Shown here: positions 12,113-25,400 of the stretch, one piece after another | Numbering within the stretch: the stretch's first letter is position 1 | Layout of the letters: the number at the start of each line of letters is the position of its first letter | NCBI GenBank assembly: GCA_003971905.1 | Contig: RSEE01000106.1 | Coordinates: 124,001-188,000 of the forward strand | Source: Moniliella sp. 'wahieum' | Taxonomy: Eukaryota | Length of the DNA: 64,000 nucleotides | Direction of reading: 5' to 3' | Translations under genes and position numbers: made by a program | Notes under the pieces: generated by a model | Told to the model about the DNA's origin: nothing | Database searches by the model: none | What the model saw: the letters and a program-made list of their open reading frames with translations, nothing else

Positions 12113-15100
12113 GCGCGCTGACAGAATTGCCTCACCCACGGCAAATTACTCCTCCGACATTTTTGCAGGTATTTTATATCTTAAACATAAATGATGTCTT
12201 TTCGTGTTCCGCTGAGGTGAGAGGACCTGTCCGACCTTGTGCTTCTGTCTCAAAAACATCCTGACCAACCCTTCAAGGTTCTGCCTCTACAGGTACGTTA
12301 GGCCTGCTCGCCCCGGTGCATACATAATTTCTTTGTCGCGCGTGCTGACGCCCCGTTGCGGCGGGGCCTCACATCGTCTCCAACTGTTTTCAGATCGGCC
12401 AGTAGCGTTCACACTTATTGTGCAACTAACTGGGTATGGATGAGAAAATGTCCGTAACATTCACTGCTAAAGCTCCCACAAGGGCTACATGCCACCAGTG
12501 TAGCACGCAATATATCCCCACAACAAAACTCGATAAACCGTGAGTCGGGCCATTCCCACTGCAAGGGAAAGCACCTCGAAACTGTGGGGTGGGTCATTTT
12601 GGGCCCCACCCCGACAATACCCTCCCGGACGCATACAACCTAGCTCAAATCACGCTCACACCCCGGTGTCTATCCAGGGACGAGAACAATTGTCTTCAGT
12701 CCTCCGATCTTTGCCATACTCTTTCCCCTTCCCTGGATGTGCTATTAATGCACGACATGGTATTTCAAGCGAACGACGAGTCATCCCGATGGTCTCTCAG
12801 AATAAAGACCGATATAAGCCCAGCAACATGCAAACTTGAACTGAATTCTAAGTAATTCAAAGGCTTTCTAACACACTAGGCAGTGAAGGTCTCCATACTC
12901 TAGCTTTGGATAGCTCCATATGAAACCCATGGACATTTGTATATTTATACAGGATGCTCGAAACGGCATTATCCTTGAAATTGCCCCGTCATGTTTGCTT
13001 ACATAATTCAAGGATACGGGTACGTGAACAACAGTCATCAAACAAATTATTTTGGAGATTGTTGGGGCCAAGATAAACCACCAGCAAATTGAACGCTCCC
13101 GCCCAACAGTGGTCGATGCCGTGACCAATGATGAACTTGATCCTGCATAACCCGAGTCCTAATAATTGCTTCGAGAACAGGGGCTGGATAGGGTTAGGTG
13201 ATGGTGCTGACATGGCTGCATAGTTCATGCTCATACTCCCCATTGTATATCCGGCGAGTAGTGTGGAATGCGCTCGCTCAGGACTGCACTGTGGCTGCAC
13301 CATAAATAATCGAGACGGTTTTTTAGCTTCCTGCACAAGCCACCCGTTCGAATCCTTCCGGCTCCTTTGTGTGTTATTGCAAGTTCCTAAGATGGGACAA
13401 TCGCACCGTCAGAACCCTCCTGGTGATATCTGGGGATCGCTTTGAAGCAATACGATGGCAACAACCGCGCAGGCGTTTCAAGGATATCAATGTTCCCGTG
13501 GATGCTTCATGTCGCAGGCCACTTGCGTGTACATGGCACGGTCATCAAGGCAACCAGTCAATTGTACTGAGCTAGTCAACTTCTTCCCCACACTCAAAGC
13601 ATATTGTGAAATGAAAACCAGATTCACATCAATGCCACAATATTGATAGCGGGGGTTGAACTAAATGCCAGACGGATAGTTCTCATAGGGTTTTACCAAC
13701 TCTGTGTCTCAAGGTAATGGATGTAGGTCGAAAAAGTAAGTCCCTTTTTACATTGGACAACGACTGCATTTGCCATGTTTAATCAACGTCTAAAGGGAGG
13801 ACGACAGAAAGTTAGAATTGTACGGGGCCTGCGAGCTTAGTCAGGCGCAACTAACTTGAGGTTCGTGCGAGGGAACCCTGACACTACGCGAGGTGCACAA
13901 CCTGAAAGTCATGCAAGAAGACTTTGGAGTACTTTCCACAAACACCGACACTGATAAAGGGAAATGATCGATGGAGGAGTTGTTGGCCTCGCTACTGCCA
14001 CACAATGTGATCAAACTGAACCTCCTATTGGACTCCAAGGGGCTTCTGCGACAGACTGGTCCAGACGACTGTTGCGAGCTCGGAAGGAATGAGAACTGAC
14101 TCACGAGTCTCAGGGTCCGCGCGGTCCAAGACCGGATGTCAACAGGGGTGCGAAGAGCGTAAAAAGGTGACTAGGTTTCTAATAACCCAGAGCTGTTACT
14201 AATTGATTAATTGTGCTGATCTGATGAGTATGAGGATGGTGGGGATCGGTCGATGTTTTATTTTGCTGGTGTTCATGCACGTTCATGCCGGATGGATGAA
14301 TACTGAAGGACATAAACCACTTTCACGAAATTGATAGCGTCGCCTAACCGCATATGAACATTACTTTGGTATCTCCACATCGTAAGATGCTAATCACCAA
14401 TCATGCGGTAGGTGTGCATCAACTTTGGAACATAGCCTAACCATTCTCGCGATTCTGGAGCTTTCGAGAGGACAATCTAGGCATAGATTCTGGAATGGAA
14501 GCTCAACGCAATAATGACCTTTTGACTCGCCAGCATGTTTCCCAGTATGGCAAGCACACTACGTAACCTCAGCGAAATTTCCCATCGTTTCGTATGTATT
14601 GGCTTCCATAAATGAAACAGGGCATACACACGTTTCCGGTGTTGATGACAACTGGAGTTGATGATTAGTTCCATGAAGCCCGGGCCGTTCATATGCCTCG
14701 CTCATCCCCGTTGGGCTCATATGTCAGGTTCTTGCGAGTTGCAGAAAGAAATGAAATGCATTTGTCACTTTCCGGTTTATGAGAGTTCTAATTGTAGCTC
14801 TAAGGAGCTTATTCATCATACCCAGCAGCGATGCAACAGTCTGCGAGAGAGCAAGGTCACCTCGTTATTGGATCTCAAAGCCACGGCCTCTGGAAACCAG
14901 GTCGGGACTATAACGGAAACAAGAACTGTGGTATGGATGAATGCGTGCTACACTGGCAGTGACACGCGACCAGTTTACTGCATCAAAAACTCAGCAACAA
15001 TCTTCTGATTTTTTTTTCATCTTCTCTTCGTGAACGGGGGGGCATAGATAAAGCGAAAAGGGCAGGGATGTAAGAACGGTCACGGCGGAAAGGGGCTAAT

Positions 15101-15856
15101 ACAGTGTGGAAAGGAAAACACACAGTGATCAAGACGATGCACCTGATTGCCGACAACTAGGAAAGTGAAGGAAACGGGCAGTCGTTTCCATGGAGAGTCC
15201 GATTGTTGCGGAGACCACGGCTACCAGGCGTGGTCCCACTGTCAGTCGCTTGCTACGGCTGTGGTGCGGCGAGTGCGAGTGAGGTTTGACCCAACTCAGT
15301 CGTGTTCAGAAGAAGCAAGTAAGTAGGTCTTGAGGTGGACCATGAGGTTCCGGCCAAGGAGTAAAGAGAAGCTTGCATAAATAATAGCAAGGCGGCTTAT
15401 TTTCCCGCCGTCTTGCGTCTGTGAGCATAAAAGTGGGGCATTAGAATGATGCTGATCGTTGATGAAGGAGGCTCTTTCTCGTCGTGCTTGCCCATCATAT
15501 ACGCTGAATTTGCCCTTATCAGGCCACGGGGTTGACCTGCGTCCTCTCTTTGGACCCGGTGACCTGTGGGGGCTAAGGCACACTGCACGCAGCGTAGTTG
15601 GTACGTGTCTCGATCGAGGAATTTTCCTCATCCCCAGCTCTTGCCCCCCAGCTTCCGGTCTCAGCTTCTTCGTCCCAAGTCGCTTCCCAACTTCCGCACC
15701 AGCCTTCGTGTAATCCTTCCCGTACCCAACTTTATCCTTCAAGCACCGACTCCACGGCAGGCCCAACATTTCCTTTCTTTAACCCCATTTCAGCCTCAGC
15801 ACCCCACCCCACCCCCGACTAACGCTAACCCTTTATTCTGGCATCTCGTCCTAACA

Positions 15857-16468
15857 AACGACCGTAAGGGTAGGTGTGGCGCTTAGTAGGCGCGGGCGCG
15901 GGATTGGAGGGTGATGCGATATTGAGTCGCGGCAAAAGAGCCTCGATGGTGGCCGCGATAAGAGCTTGTTGTGCTTGGGCATCGGTGGCGAAGGGGGTGG
16001 GTGTGGGCGAGGTGACCACGGGGGGAAAAAGCCGATCCTGAGGCACCGTGTGGTTGGTGGGGGCGGGGGGCGACGGAGAGTCGTCGGCATCATCCATCAT
16101 CTCTGGGTGGGCCGCGGGGGGTGCAATGGCACGGGTGCGGCCGCTGGACATGGTGTAGCGGAGGGAGGAAGGCGGAGAGATGGATCCAGAGTGAGTGGGG
16201 TGGGTGGTTGGGCTGAAAGCCGGAAGGCTGAGTGGGATCAAACTTAATAGAAGATGGAGATGGGGGAAAGGACGAGGATCATATTCATCGAATGGAAAGG
16301 AAGCGAAGTATATATGCCTCGGAGAAGAAGAGAACATGTGAGCTAAATCACAAGGAGGGAAAGAGGGAGCACAATCCAAAGGGGGAAAACAGGGTCTAGA
16401 ATAAATCAAGGGGCCAGACAACTTGGTGACAAGGAACGTGCAGTGATCAAGTGAGTCTGATCCCGACA
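15857..16468 (-). mobile_element. Truncated retroelement 5' end: LTR-like segment (TGTCGGGATCAG..., TATATA) followed by a gag-like ORF start (MSSGRTRA...)
   Basis: Terminus resembles 15123-15155 (cagtgatcaag...ctgat..cgaca); the TATA segment resembles ~10705-10743; Pro-rich gag-like ORF cut by another LTR-like segment ending ...CCTAACA at 15856. Confidence 0.4.
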
Positions 16469-16480
16469 CTTCTCGATATG

Positions 16481-17342
16481 TGTTACGGGGTTCGTTCCGG
16501 CTATCTCCGGACGCTGAGCCCCGCATGTCGTAGACATCTCAGCCCAGCATGCGTCAGTCCGGTTAGACTAGCGAGAGAGAGCCAGTCGACACCTTATCCT
16601 TGCTGCGGATATCCTCCGCGGCCTGCCATGGCCGCATGGTCTTATCGGTACGATGCTTTGTACCTATTGCGGCCAGTCTTGTCAGAACCCTTCCTGCTGC
16701 GCCCGACTGCGCAGCGTCAGCGCCTTGGGAAGCAAGGGCTGTGCAATAGTCTTCTTTACCTTTCTGGGAAGTGCCCCGCATTCTGTCTATACCTGTCATG
16801 AGGCACTTGAGGCCTGGTTCCCTCTGCTGTATATAAGCAGCCATGTCTATGGCTTGCTAGCTGTGGTCCTTGTCGACCATCCTGTCTATTACCGTTGGTC
16901 TCCCCGACTACCAGTTCCTCTCTCGCCCTTCCACCTTCTACCACCCTTACGCTTACGAATTTACGACTTACGTCGAGTGCACTGCAAGCCGCGGTTACTC
17001 ACATCAGTAGCGCTTGCTCTTCTTTAGGACTCTGTCTGTTCCCGCCGGCTACAGCGTACCGAGTGTGGTAACGCGGCGAGGAACAGAGTCATTCCGGAGC
17101 TCCTGGACCCCTTCAGCTGGTCTAACGACCTACGTACACGGCTCCTACCTCGGAGGGTCTGGACTGCGGCCTTTGCACGCAGGCAGCCACCCAAACTAGA
17201 GGGTCTCTCCCTAGCCTCTACACCCGCTCGGTTCAACCAGGATCTGGAGCAGGACCTAACGTACGAGCCACCGATTGATCTGTCCAAGGGTTTAACCCCT
17301 AAACTACAGGGGGGGTCCCACCTCGGGACCCCCCCCATGGCA
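16481..17342 (+). mobile_element. Solo LTR family A (862 bp) with perfect 5-bp TSD ATATG
   Basis: TGTTAC...ATGGCA termini, ATATG on both sides, TATATAA near 16830, second copy inverted at 44424-45184. Confidence 0.9.
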
Positions 17343-17918
17343 ATATGGGCCGTCGGGTATACTTGCTGCTTTCTCTCCTCACCCATCATGTCTTGGGGGC
17401 GAATACACACGCCATTGGGTGCCGATGGAATGCTATACCTTCAGAGAGCGCATCGAGCTCTAACACCCTTTAGTGCGATGATTTAGTACACACGTTCCAA
17501 GCGCAGCTGGCGCCACACTCGCGCGTCAAAATGGGGCAGCCTCTGCGGAAGGTATATAGTCCTCTTCCGATATCTCGCCCTCACTGTGAGAGAGAGATCA
17601 CATCTTTTTTTTTGGTTAAACGGGCTTGGCTTTTGTCGACGGCTGCAACGGTGGATTGCATCGACGCCCAGAACTCCTCGTCAAAAGTCCCATCACCATG
17701 AAGCTCGCAACCATCACGGCTGCGGACTTTGTATAAGGAATTTACATGTTCTGGCTCTTCGGGTTTAAAGCACGTTGTTTTCCTATGGGGCATATATAAA
17801 ACTTCCTTAGTGTTTTCCAGAATCAGCGCCGTAGCATTTATATTTGCCGGTATAGTACCTCCGCTTGGAAATACCCATAGTGAGAAGGAGAGCCCGGGGG
17901 AAATAGCGAGGAAAAGAG

Positions 17919-17990
17919 AGGCTCGAAGGGGAATCGAACCCATGGCATCGCCGATTGGTCAGGGACGCGTTACCATTACGCTATCGAGCC
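17919..17990 (-). tRNA. Degenerate tRNA (CCA at the anticodon position, Trp-like); probable pseudogene
   Basis: Perfect acceptor stem GGCTCGA/TCGAGCC, D arm GCGT/ACGC, GGTTCGATTCC B box, downstream TTTT; anticodon stem mispaired and no U33. Confidence 0.6.
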
Positions 17991-20900
17991 GCGATAGGAG
18001 CAGCTGTAGGATCACAGAGTCTCCGCTGCGAAAGCACAAACCAAAAGGGTAGAAGGCGAACAAGGCAGACATCTCCTCCACGCTATTACTATAGATTGCA
18101 TGCTGGCAACTAATATATCAACGCCACTGGTGTTCCAGTGCTCGACTATATACCCAACAGAGAGAGTCTTATCTTCGTCGCTGGTGGTTCATACACCTGC
18201 TCCACAGTTGATGCGGGATTCCTATCGAGACTCTTCATCCTCGTTGGTAGCGTCCAAAACAGATGCGTGGGACGGGCGAATGGCCTGCGTAATGGGCCTA
18301 CGCCGTCTCGCGCCCTCTTGGCGGTATGCTGAAGGAGCAGCACCCACAGCAGCCTGGCGACGTTGGGCTATAATCACTTGGGCCAGTGTGTAGGCTTCAC
18401 GCTGCTCTGTGCTCGCTTGTCCGAGGCGTAAATTGAGGTTGCTCTGGCCCTTTGGAGAGCTTTTCAATGCGTACACCACCAGGACATGCTTGAGATGCTC
18501 AACATGCCGAATAGTACCGATCCAAACCAAGATTTGTTGATGCCGATGGCTTTGAAGGTAACATATCCCGTCAGGCAAATGCATGCGCGGTTGGCCTCGA
18601 GCAACCATTGAATCGCCAAAGGAGTTTTGCGGAGGGGGCGTACCAGGCGTTCTTTTGGCCCTGATATCAGGCAATCAATGAGCGATCAGATTCGACGCAC
18701 CCGGGAGGCGAAGGAGTTGCACCCTCTTGTTTCCTTGCCATTGAGGGAAGGTTCTGGCGATATCGCATGCGGCTGGCAGATTGTGTTTCTTGGGGAGATG
18801 GTGATGGTGTCGCTGTAGAGTTATGAACAGGTGTCTCTGACCGGAAGTAGGCTTGAACTGATGTGAGACCTGGAGTGTGGATGGTCTTTGAGGGTGATAC
18901 AATCGCACTGGTGGTGGTATTGGTGGTCTAAGCCAACCAGCAATACCTACAAACGAACAGCAAGCAGCGAGTCGCCACCAGGGGTTAAGATGGGGAACAG
19001 GGAAAACAGGAGAGAGAAAACAACGGAACTCCCAGGCCTGAGGAGGAACTGAAGGGACATTGGCCAAAGCACGAGCCACCCGATGAGGCAAAATGAACTG
19101 TCTGTCTGTTTACCTATTTTCCCCCATGCCAGGCAGTATGCGGGCGGGTCTTATTTTGCAGGGCTGTGGGCTCGCTGAGCGCCCAGTCGGAGCCCGAAGG
19201 CTGAGGTTACCGTAGGGCTTACCAGTGACCCGTGACCAGTTAGCGTTTAACGTACTTTAACATGCTTCGTGCGAGCGACCCTGCCCCGCACGGGCTTCAG
19301 CCGCCTCAGGTCGCAGGGCAGCACAGCATGCTCTCCAGCACCATGCTTCTGTTGTGGGGGTAATGCAGGTGATGCAGGATGATCGCTGAAACAGCGGCCC
19401 CAGGCCTCAATTTGAGGTGTACAGTCAATTCACGCTCCGCAAATCTCAGCTCGATCGACCCCTGGGAATCCGACCCCTGGTGGGGAAGCGACCACACACA
19501 GCTGCATCCCTTTTAGGCGAACTGTGCATGCCCCCGCCCACCACCTTTCCGCCATCATCTTCTCTTGAGCCAGTATTGCCACTCTACAATGCCTCCCTCC
19601 CACACCATCAGGACGTCCCAGGCATCTCGCACCGACAACACCGCTCGCCGCCCGAGGGACAAACGACGCATGAACCAACCCTGAGCCGGAGCCCGTGGAG
19701 GAGACTGCTTTCGAAGGTGACGAACCGTCCCCTGAAGACCACCTGGTGGCACCAGTGGGGTCAACAGCGATTCCGGCAGCGACTCGACGGAGGAGAGGGA
19801 AAAAGGAGTACGAGCGAGAGTTACGTTGTAGTCCCTCCCCCCGCCCCCCTCGTTCCCGTGTTGGTTCGTGAAATCATTATGCGGGGTCAATTGAACCCGC
19901 AAACGACGACGATGAACAACGAAGAAGTTTTGCGCTGGGTCTTGACGTTGACACCTTGTTCCCCCGCACAATGGACACTGATGAAGAGAGCTCCGTTAAT
20001 CGGGACGAATTTGCTGACGTTCCCCCTCTGATGTGGCCCTTTTTCCGGAGAATCGGATCCGTTTTTCATCGATCCGCTCGTTACAAGGGCAACATGCATA
20101 CTCATCGAGGAAAGTCTATGCGACATCAAGACTCTTTTTCGGGTGATGGTCTTTTTGTCAAGCAATGCGAAACAGGAATCGTTGGCTAGGGGCTTTACCA
20201 TGTCCAAACCACACGCCAGCATTTCAAACGCTTGCGAGAGCACAAAAAGGTCAGGATCATCAGCTCTCGCCGCACACCCCAGGATTACTTTGTGCTATAC
20301 TGACTCGCCACTGACAGAAATGGTACAAATGACTCTTCGCGGGGTATGGGTTTGTCTGCATCCCTAGAGCAGGATCGGCAACAATAAGGATTTAGGCTTG
20401 GTTTTCCGTCCGCAAGCGGCTTGTTCCCCGCGAGGCCTGGAAGAGTTCACTTTTGACGGACAACTCCTGGCCCATATCGGTCGTGTGACAAAAAGTTTGT
20501 CCAAGTTCTGTTGACGGTGTTCCTGAAGCCGACTTGGTCCACCATGCGTCTCGTCCCATTTTCGATTTGGCGGTACGTTTTTATGCTTACACTGGTCATG
20601 ACCTTGCTACCCCCTAACCCACCCCATTGCTTGGAGGAGAAGGTGGCCTCAGGAGAGAGAGTGGATGCGTGGTCCTGGCTGCTGAAGGGGCATCAGGTTT
20701 GAAGCAACGTTTAAGGCCGCGATGGCGAAAGTTGATGTGGCCGCAGGTCAGAATGGACACCCTAACCCACCCAAAAAATGCATTTGATCGAACTTAGGAT
20801 TAAACAAGTGCGAATTGCTTGGATATATACCCTTGGCGCAAACACGAGGTTAAGCCAAGTACTTCTATTATAGCGAGATTTGGATACTGGCCAAACGCAC

Positions 20901-22184
20901 TACAGCTTATGGCCGTGCTTTTAAACCATTTCTTCCGGGAACTTGGTTTTATCCCATACCAACCCCGCAGCCGTGTAGTAGTGATGTTGATAGGGGGAGA
21001 ATCTGAGAAGCGAGTGACGATAAGGGAGTGCTGGTGGCTGTGCAAGAGGCGACGTCCGTCGGCCCATGACAAAAGCGGCACAAAGTACTACTGTAATGGG
21101 CACGTTCTCCACTATTAGCAAGGGACCGAACTATCCATATCCAGAGCAGCTCCAGCAAGTGGTGGAAGTTTACAACCGTAGATTCGCAGCAAAAATACCC
21201 TGGCTGGTGATTCTCGGCAGACGGAGGCCATCTCTCCCTTCAGATGACTCGCACCATGATCCATCCTCTATCGGTCACTCCATCTCTATTACACACGATC
21301 CTTCGTGCCTTGGTTTGTTGATCCTATGCAGGGTCCAATTGTACCTCACAGAGATCAATGGTACTTGGGCAAGCAACAACAATTCTAATATCCTCACAGC
21401 AAAATTTGTCCTTCGCGAATCAGTAATCGAGTTTTTTTCCATGATGCGAGGGCAGTTCCCGCCCATTCTGTAAAATCAGTTCAATGACTACATCCATTAC
21501 TCTGCCGTTCTCCTCTCAGCGTCCGACAAAGTCTTTTGTCTAAGCTTGTGGGCTAGCTGCCAGTATTGAGAGAGGACATCCCCCTTCTCCAAAAGTTTGC
21601 TGTGTTGTCGAGAGCACGCTCTTTCATCGATACCAACCGAGGTCATGCCAGTATTTCGACAGGTATACCCACTCGACCATGTTCCAGTCTTTTGTCGACT
21701 TCAACCAGAGCTGCACGTGAGAGGGGAAAAGATATGCGAAACCTCTCATCTTTGCCAAAGCGCGGTACACGTTATCCGGTCTGCTCTCCGCTCTGTTTCT
21801 TCACTTTGAATCCACTTTTTCGTTTCTGTTGTGGCCAGAGTTATGCGAAATTGTTGCCGTTAGCTCGGAGGTTTTCAGGGTACAAATGGCCCTTTGGGGA
21901 TGGAAGGGTGGACTGACGGGGTATATGTTCTTCGTGCAGTGGGTGACTCTGGAGAATCCAATATCATGGTCGTACAAGAGACCGCTGCTTGTGGGCTAGT
22001 CAAGCTGCTGAGGCTGAAGCGGCGCTTGAAAACTGTGGAGCGGATTGCGAAATGGGCGGCTGGGAGGCGAAGAGGAGGGAAACGAAGATCAAGGGAGTTG
22101 TCTCGTGCTACATGGATGGACGATGTGAGGACGCCAGTGGATTGGGGACGAAACACAACAGCAGAGGAAGAAACTGAGCCAGAA

Positions 22185-22276
22185 GGCGAGATAGCGAAGT
22201 GGTCTAACGCGCTGTGTTAAGGAGCTTCCCTCAACCGCAGTCCTCCGGGGCGTGGGTTCGAATCCCACTCTCGTCA
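22185..22276 (+). tRNA. tRNA-Leu(AAG) with ~12-nt intron
   Basis: GGCGAGA/TCTCGTC acceptor, anticodon stem CTGTG/CGCAG, loop TT-AAG-G, long variable arm, GGTTCGAATCC, TTTT terminator. Confidence 0.9.
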
Positions 22277-22425
22277 TATTTTGCCTGTCGAGGGAGAGGA
22301 GTGACGCAGGGGCACGTGATCCGGCGCTTACTTCAGCAACCAAGCGTGTGTGCTTTTTCGCGGGTGGCCCCGGCTGGTCCTCACCACCACCTCCACCAGC
22401 CCCGCCAGCGCTGTTCGGACCGGCC

Positions 22426-25400
22426 ATGATGGGCCGCAAGCCAACCGAGTTCCTGCTTGCCGCCGTCCTCGTCGCCAAGTCCGCCGCCCTCTTCGCCTGG
22501 AACAGCTCCGCCGGCTCCGGCCTCGCCTTGGCCGGCGTGGCGAGCGTGTGCATCGCCTTCAATGTCTGCGCCCTCATCGCCATCCTCCGCCCCCGCTACG
22601 GCCCCAGCATGGCTGGCGCATCGCCCTGCTGAGATTCCTCGACGCATGGATCCTCCTTAAACTCCGCCATCTCCAGACTCCGCGCCCAAGAGCGTCGGCC
22701 TGGCGCGGCGAACAGACACGCCCCGCCGACGTGGTTGATGCCTCCCGCCACCTTCGCGGCCAGCGCACCATCCGCCGCAAGCCGCATGGCACCGCCCAGC
22801 TCCTGGTCGACCCCGAAGCATGCGTCTGCATCGACGCGTCCCGCACCGCCTCCCTTGTCGTCCGCTTCTCCCACACCGCCCCGGCCTGGGTCACCTACGG
22901 CATCAAGCCTCTGACCACCGACCCCCACGCCAAGGTCGTCATCGTCAACGAGACCATCTCGCCTGCCCAGCTCGCTGAGCTCCCCCATCCGGGCCGCCTT
23001 CCCCAGGCCCAAGACGCGGACGAGTACGCCCTCATCCGCGGCCATGCTCCCGCTGCTCGTCCACCCGCCCACGCACGTCGCAACGCCGATGCCGAGCGCG
23101 CCCCATGGCGCCAGCGCGGCCCGGCCCCCAGCTCCTCTGAGGAGTATGAGCCGGAACTGTTGCTGCTGTCTCCCCATTGCGTCGGCCGGGCGAGTACGGC
23201 TGCTCGGGCGGCCGACTCGTTGGGGCGGGAGGCCACGATCAACCCGGGCCAGCCGGCGGAGCTGATTGTAGCCAATGTCCTGTCGCTCATTGGGATCCTC
23301 CGCATTCTTCCCAACCACTTCATGCCTGCAGGGGGGATGATGTGGAACTGCCCCTCCACGTCTCGGGCGTCGGGCCTCTTGAATTGGGCTGGTCGTGGGC
23401 ACCCTTCTCGACGGTGGAGGAGGCGAGTGTAGCTCACAGCCAGCCGGATCCGACCGAACGCAGTGAGCGGGTACTTTCACAGTTGTCGGATCATTTGGCA
23501 AATGAAGAAGCGCTTTCGAACGAGAATGCCACTTCGCTTTCGGTCGAGTGGGCTCGCCAGCAGAACGTGCCTCTATCTCTTCGCTTTGCACCGCCGCCGC
23601 TCTCACACTTGGCGTGGAACCAACGGCGTACCAACGTACCAAGTTCGTCTCGATGCCATTCGCGATGCCTGCGGCAACGTCAACCCGTCCCCATCGCCGG
23701 AAGCAGCACACACTGTCATCTTCCACCCGCGGCCCCAGGTGCTGCTCGCGCCTGCTGCTACCCGCCTCGATTCCGCCGAAGTACCGCTCGTGGCCGGTTC
23801 GCCCCGCACGTTGGCCAACTCGACACCTCGTCCCGTCACAAGGCAGAGGACCATCCTACGCCTGCGATCGCCGTGACTGCACCCGATGCAGATGGGGCTG
23901 GCAGGCAACGCTGCAGTTCGTCCCTTCGACGTCCGGCGGGGAAACCAAGTACCAGGTCGTGGAGGGTGCCAATGCGGAGGCGGTGGTGCGCGTGACGGCA
24001 AATGACCCAGGCACATGGAGTGTGGCGAGTGCTGGGAGTACCTTCTGTTCCCCACGACCGCCTGCTCCGGAAACGTCCGCGGCCCCCACCTCGGCCCCCG
24101 GTCCGGCCGCGGTCCTGTCGTGGCCGTGCCTCCGCCCCAAGTCAACATCATCCTTGCCCCATATCGGACGCGTGTGCCGGACCAGGGGCGTGCGTGCCCA
24201 CGCAAGCTTCCTGTCGGGGACACCTCCCTTCACGCTGACCTACCACGTCCGTGGCGGTGGACAGGACCTCGAACGTACCTGGCGTTCCGACACGCGCGAA
24301 GCGCAACTTACACTCGACGTGCCGCCTCAGGTGTTGGCCCAAAGGGGACGGAAGAGTGCGGGCGGCGAGGTGCAATATGCATTCCGCGCGATGAGGGACA
24401 AGTACTATGACTTTGCCCCACTCGACGGGCCCAAGAGCACCCAGACCGTTCACCCTCCTCTCATGGCGTCTCTGGCCAGCTCCCAGCTGCGCTACGCCTC
24501 CACCTGCCTCAACGATACCCTCACCGCCCACGTGGCGCTATCGGGATCGGGCCCGCTCACGCTCACCTACGCTGTGGCTGGCGCCGAGCAGGGAAGCATC
24601 ACCCACACGGTCGAAGGCCTTCAGCCTGGCGCCGACATTCCGCTCGAGGTAGCCTTGCCGCCGCTGCCCCCCAGCGGATACGGCGATCCGTCGCGTGTAG
24701 AATCATCCTCTACATTCACCCTCTTGAGTGTGAAAGATGTGCGCGGCTGCACCGCCAAGGTGGCGCCCCATCGTGCTGGGATCACGATCCGCCGACGGCT
24801 CGCCGCGCCCCATGCTGGGTTTGTCCCCAGCGCACTGCCGTTGGACACCAAGCCTGGCCTCGCCGGAGCGTCGCGCCTAGCCGAGGGCCTTGATGCATCG
24901 CTTCCACTGCATCTTACGGGGCGCGCGCCGTGGAAGGTGATGTACTCCAAAGACGACGGGCCTTTGACGCTGCACACGGTCCAGGCCGCCCCTCGGGCGT
25001 GGCATCCCTCGATGTGGATTCCCCCGGATGTACACGCTGCACTCGGTCCGCGATGCCGACTGCCCCGGTGTGGTGGAAGACGTGTCGACGTGGCAGGTCG
25101 GCCTGGTCCCTCGTCCTCGCGTCGCATTTGCGCCGGCCGCCGGAGAGCCGCTGGTTGCGCACGACCCTCTCCACCATCGTTCCCACTCGTCTTGGCTCGG
25201 GGGCAAGAAACTCAAGAAACCCGTTGCCTCCGGGCCTGCCGGGCCAGCGACTTTGGTGCGCCGTCCAGTGTGCCTGCGCCAGCCCGACGACGCGCCGTTG
25301 TCGGTCACGCCGGGCGAAGGCTGGCCGGTGCAAATTGTGTATGAGCACACTGCCGCCGGTCCAGCAGCCGCGTGGCGGTCGAAAGAGGACGCCTCCTCCT

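Noticed and set aside
15566..15856. LTR-like segment weakly similar to family B
   Set aside because: Left boundary and TSD could not be defined, so it is not annotated separately
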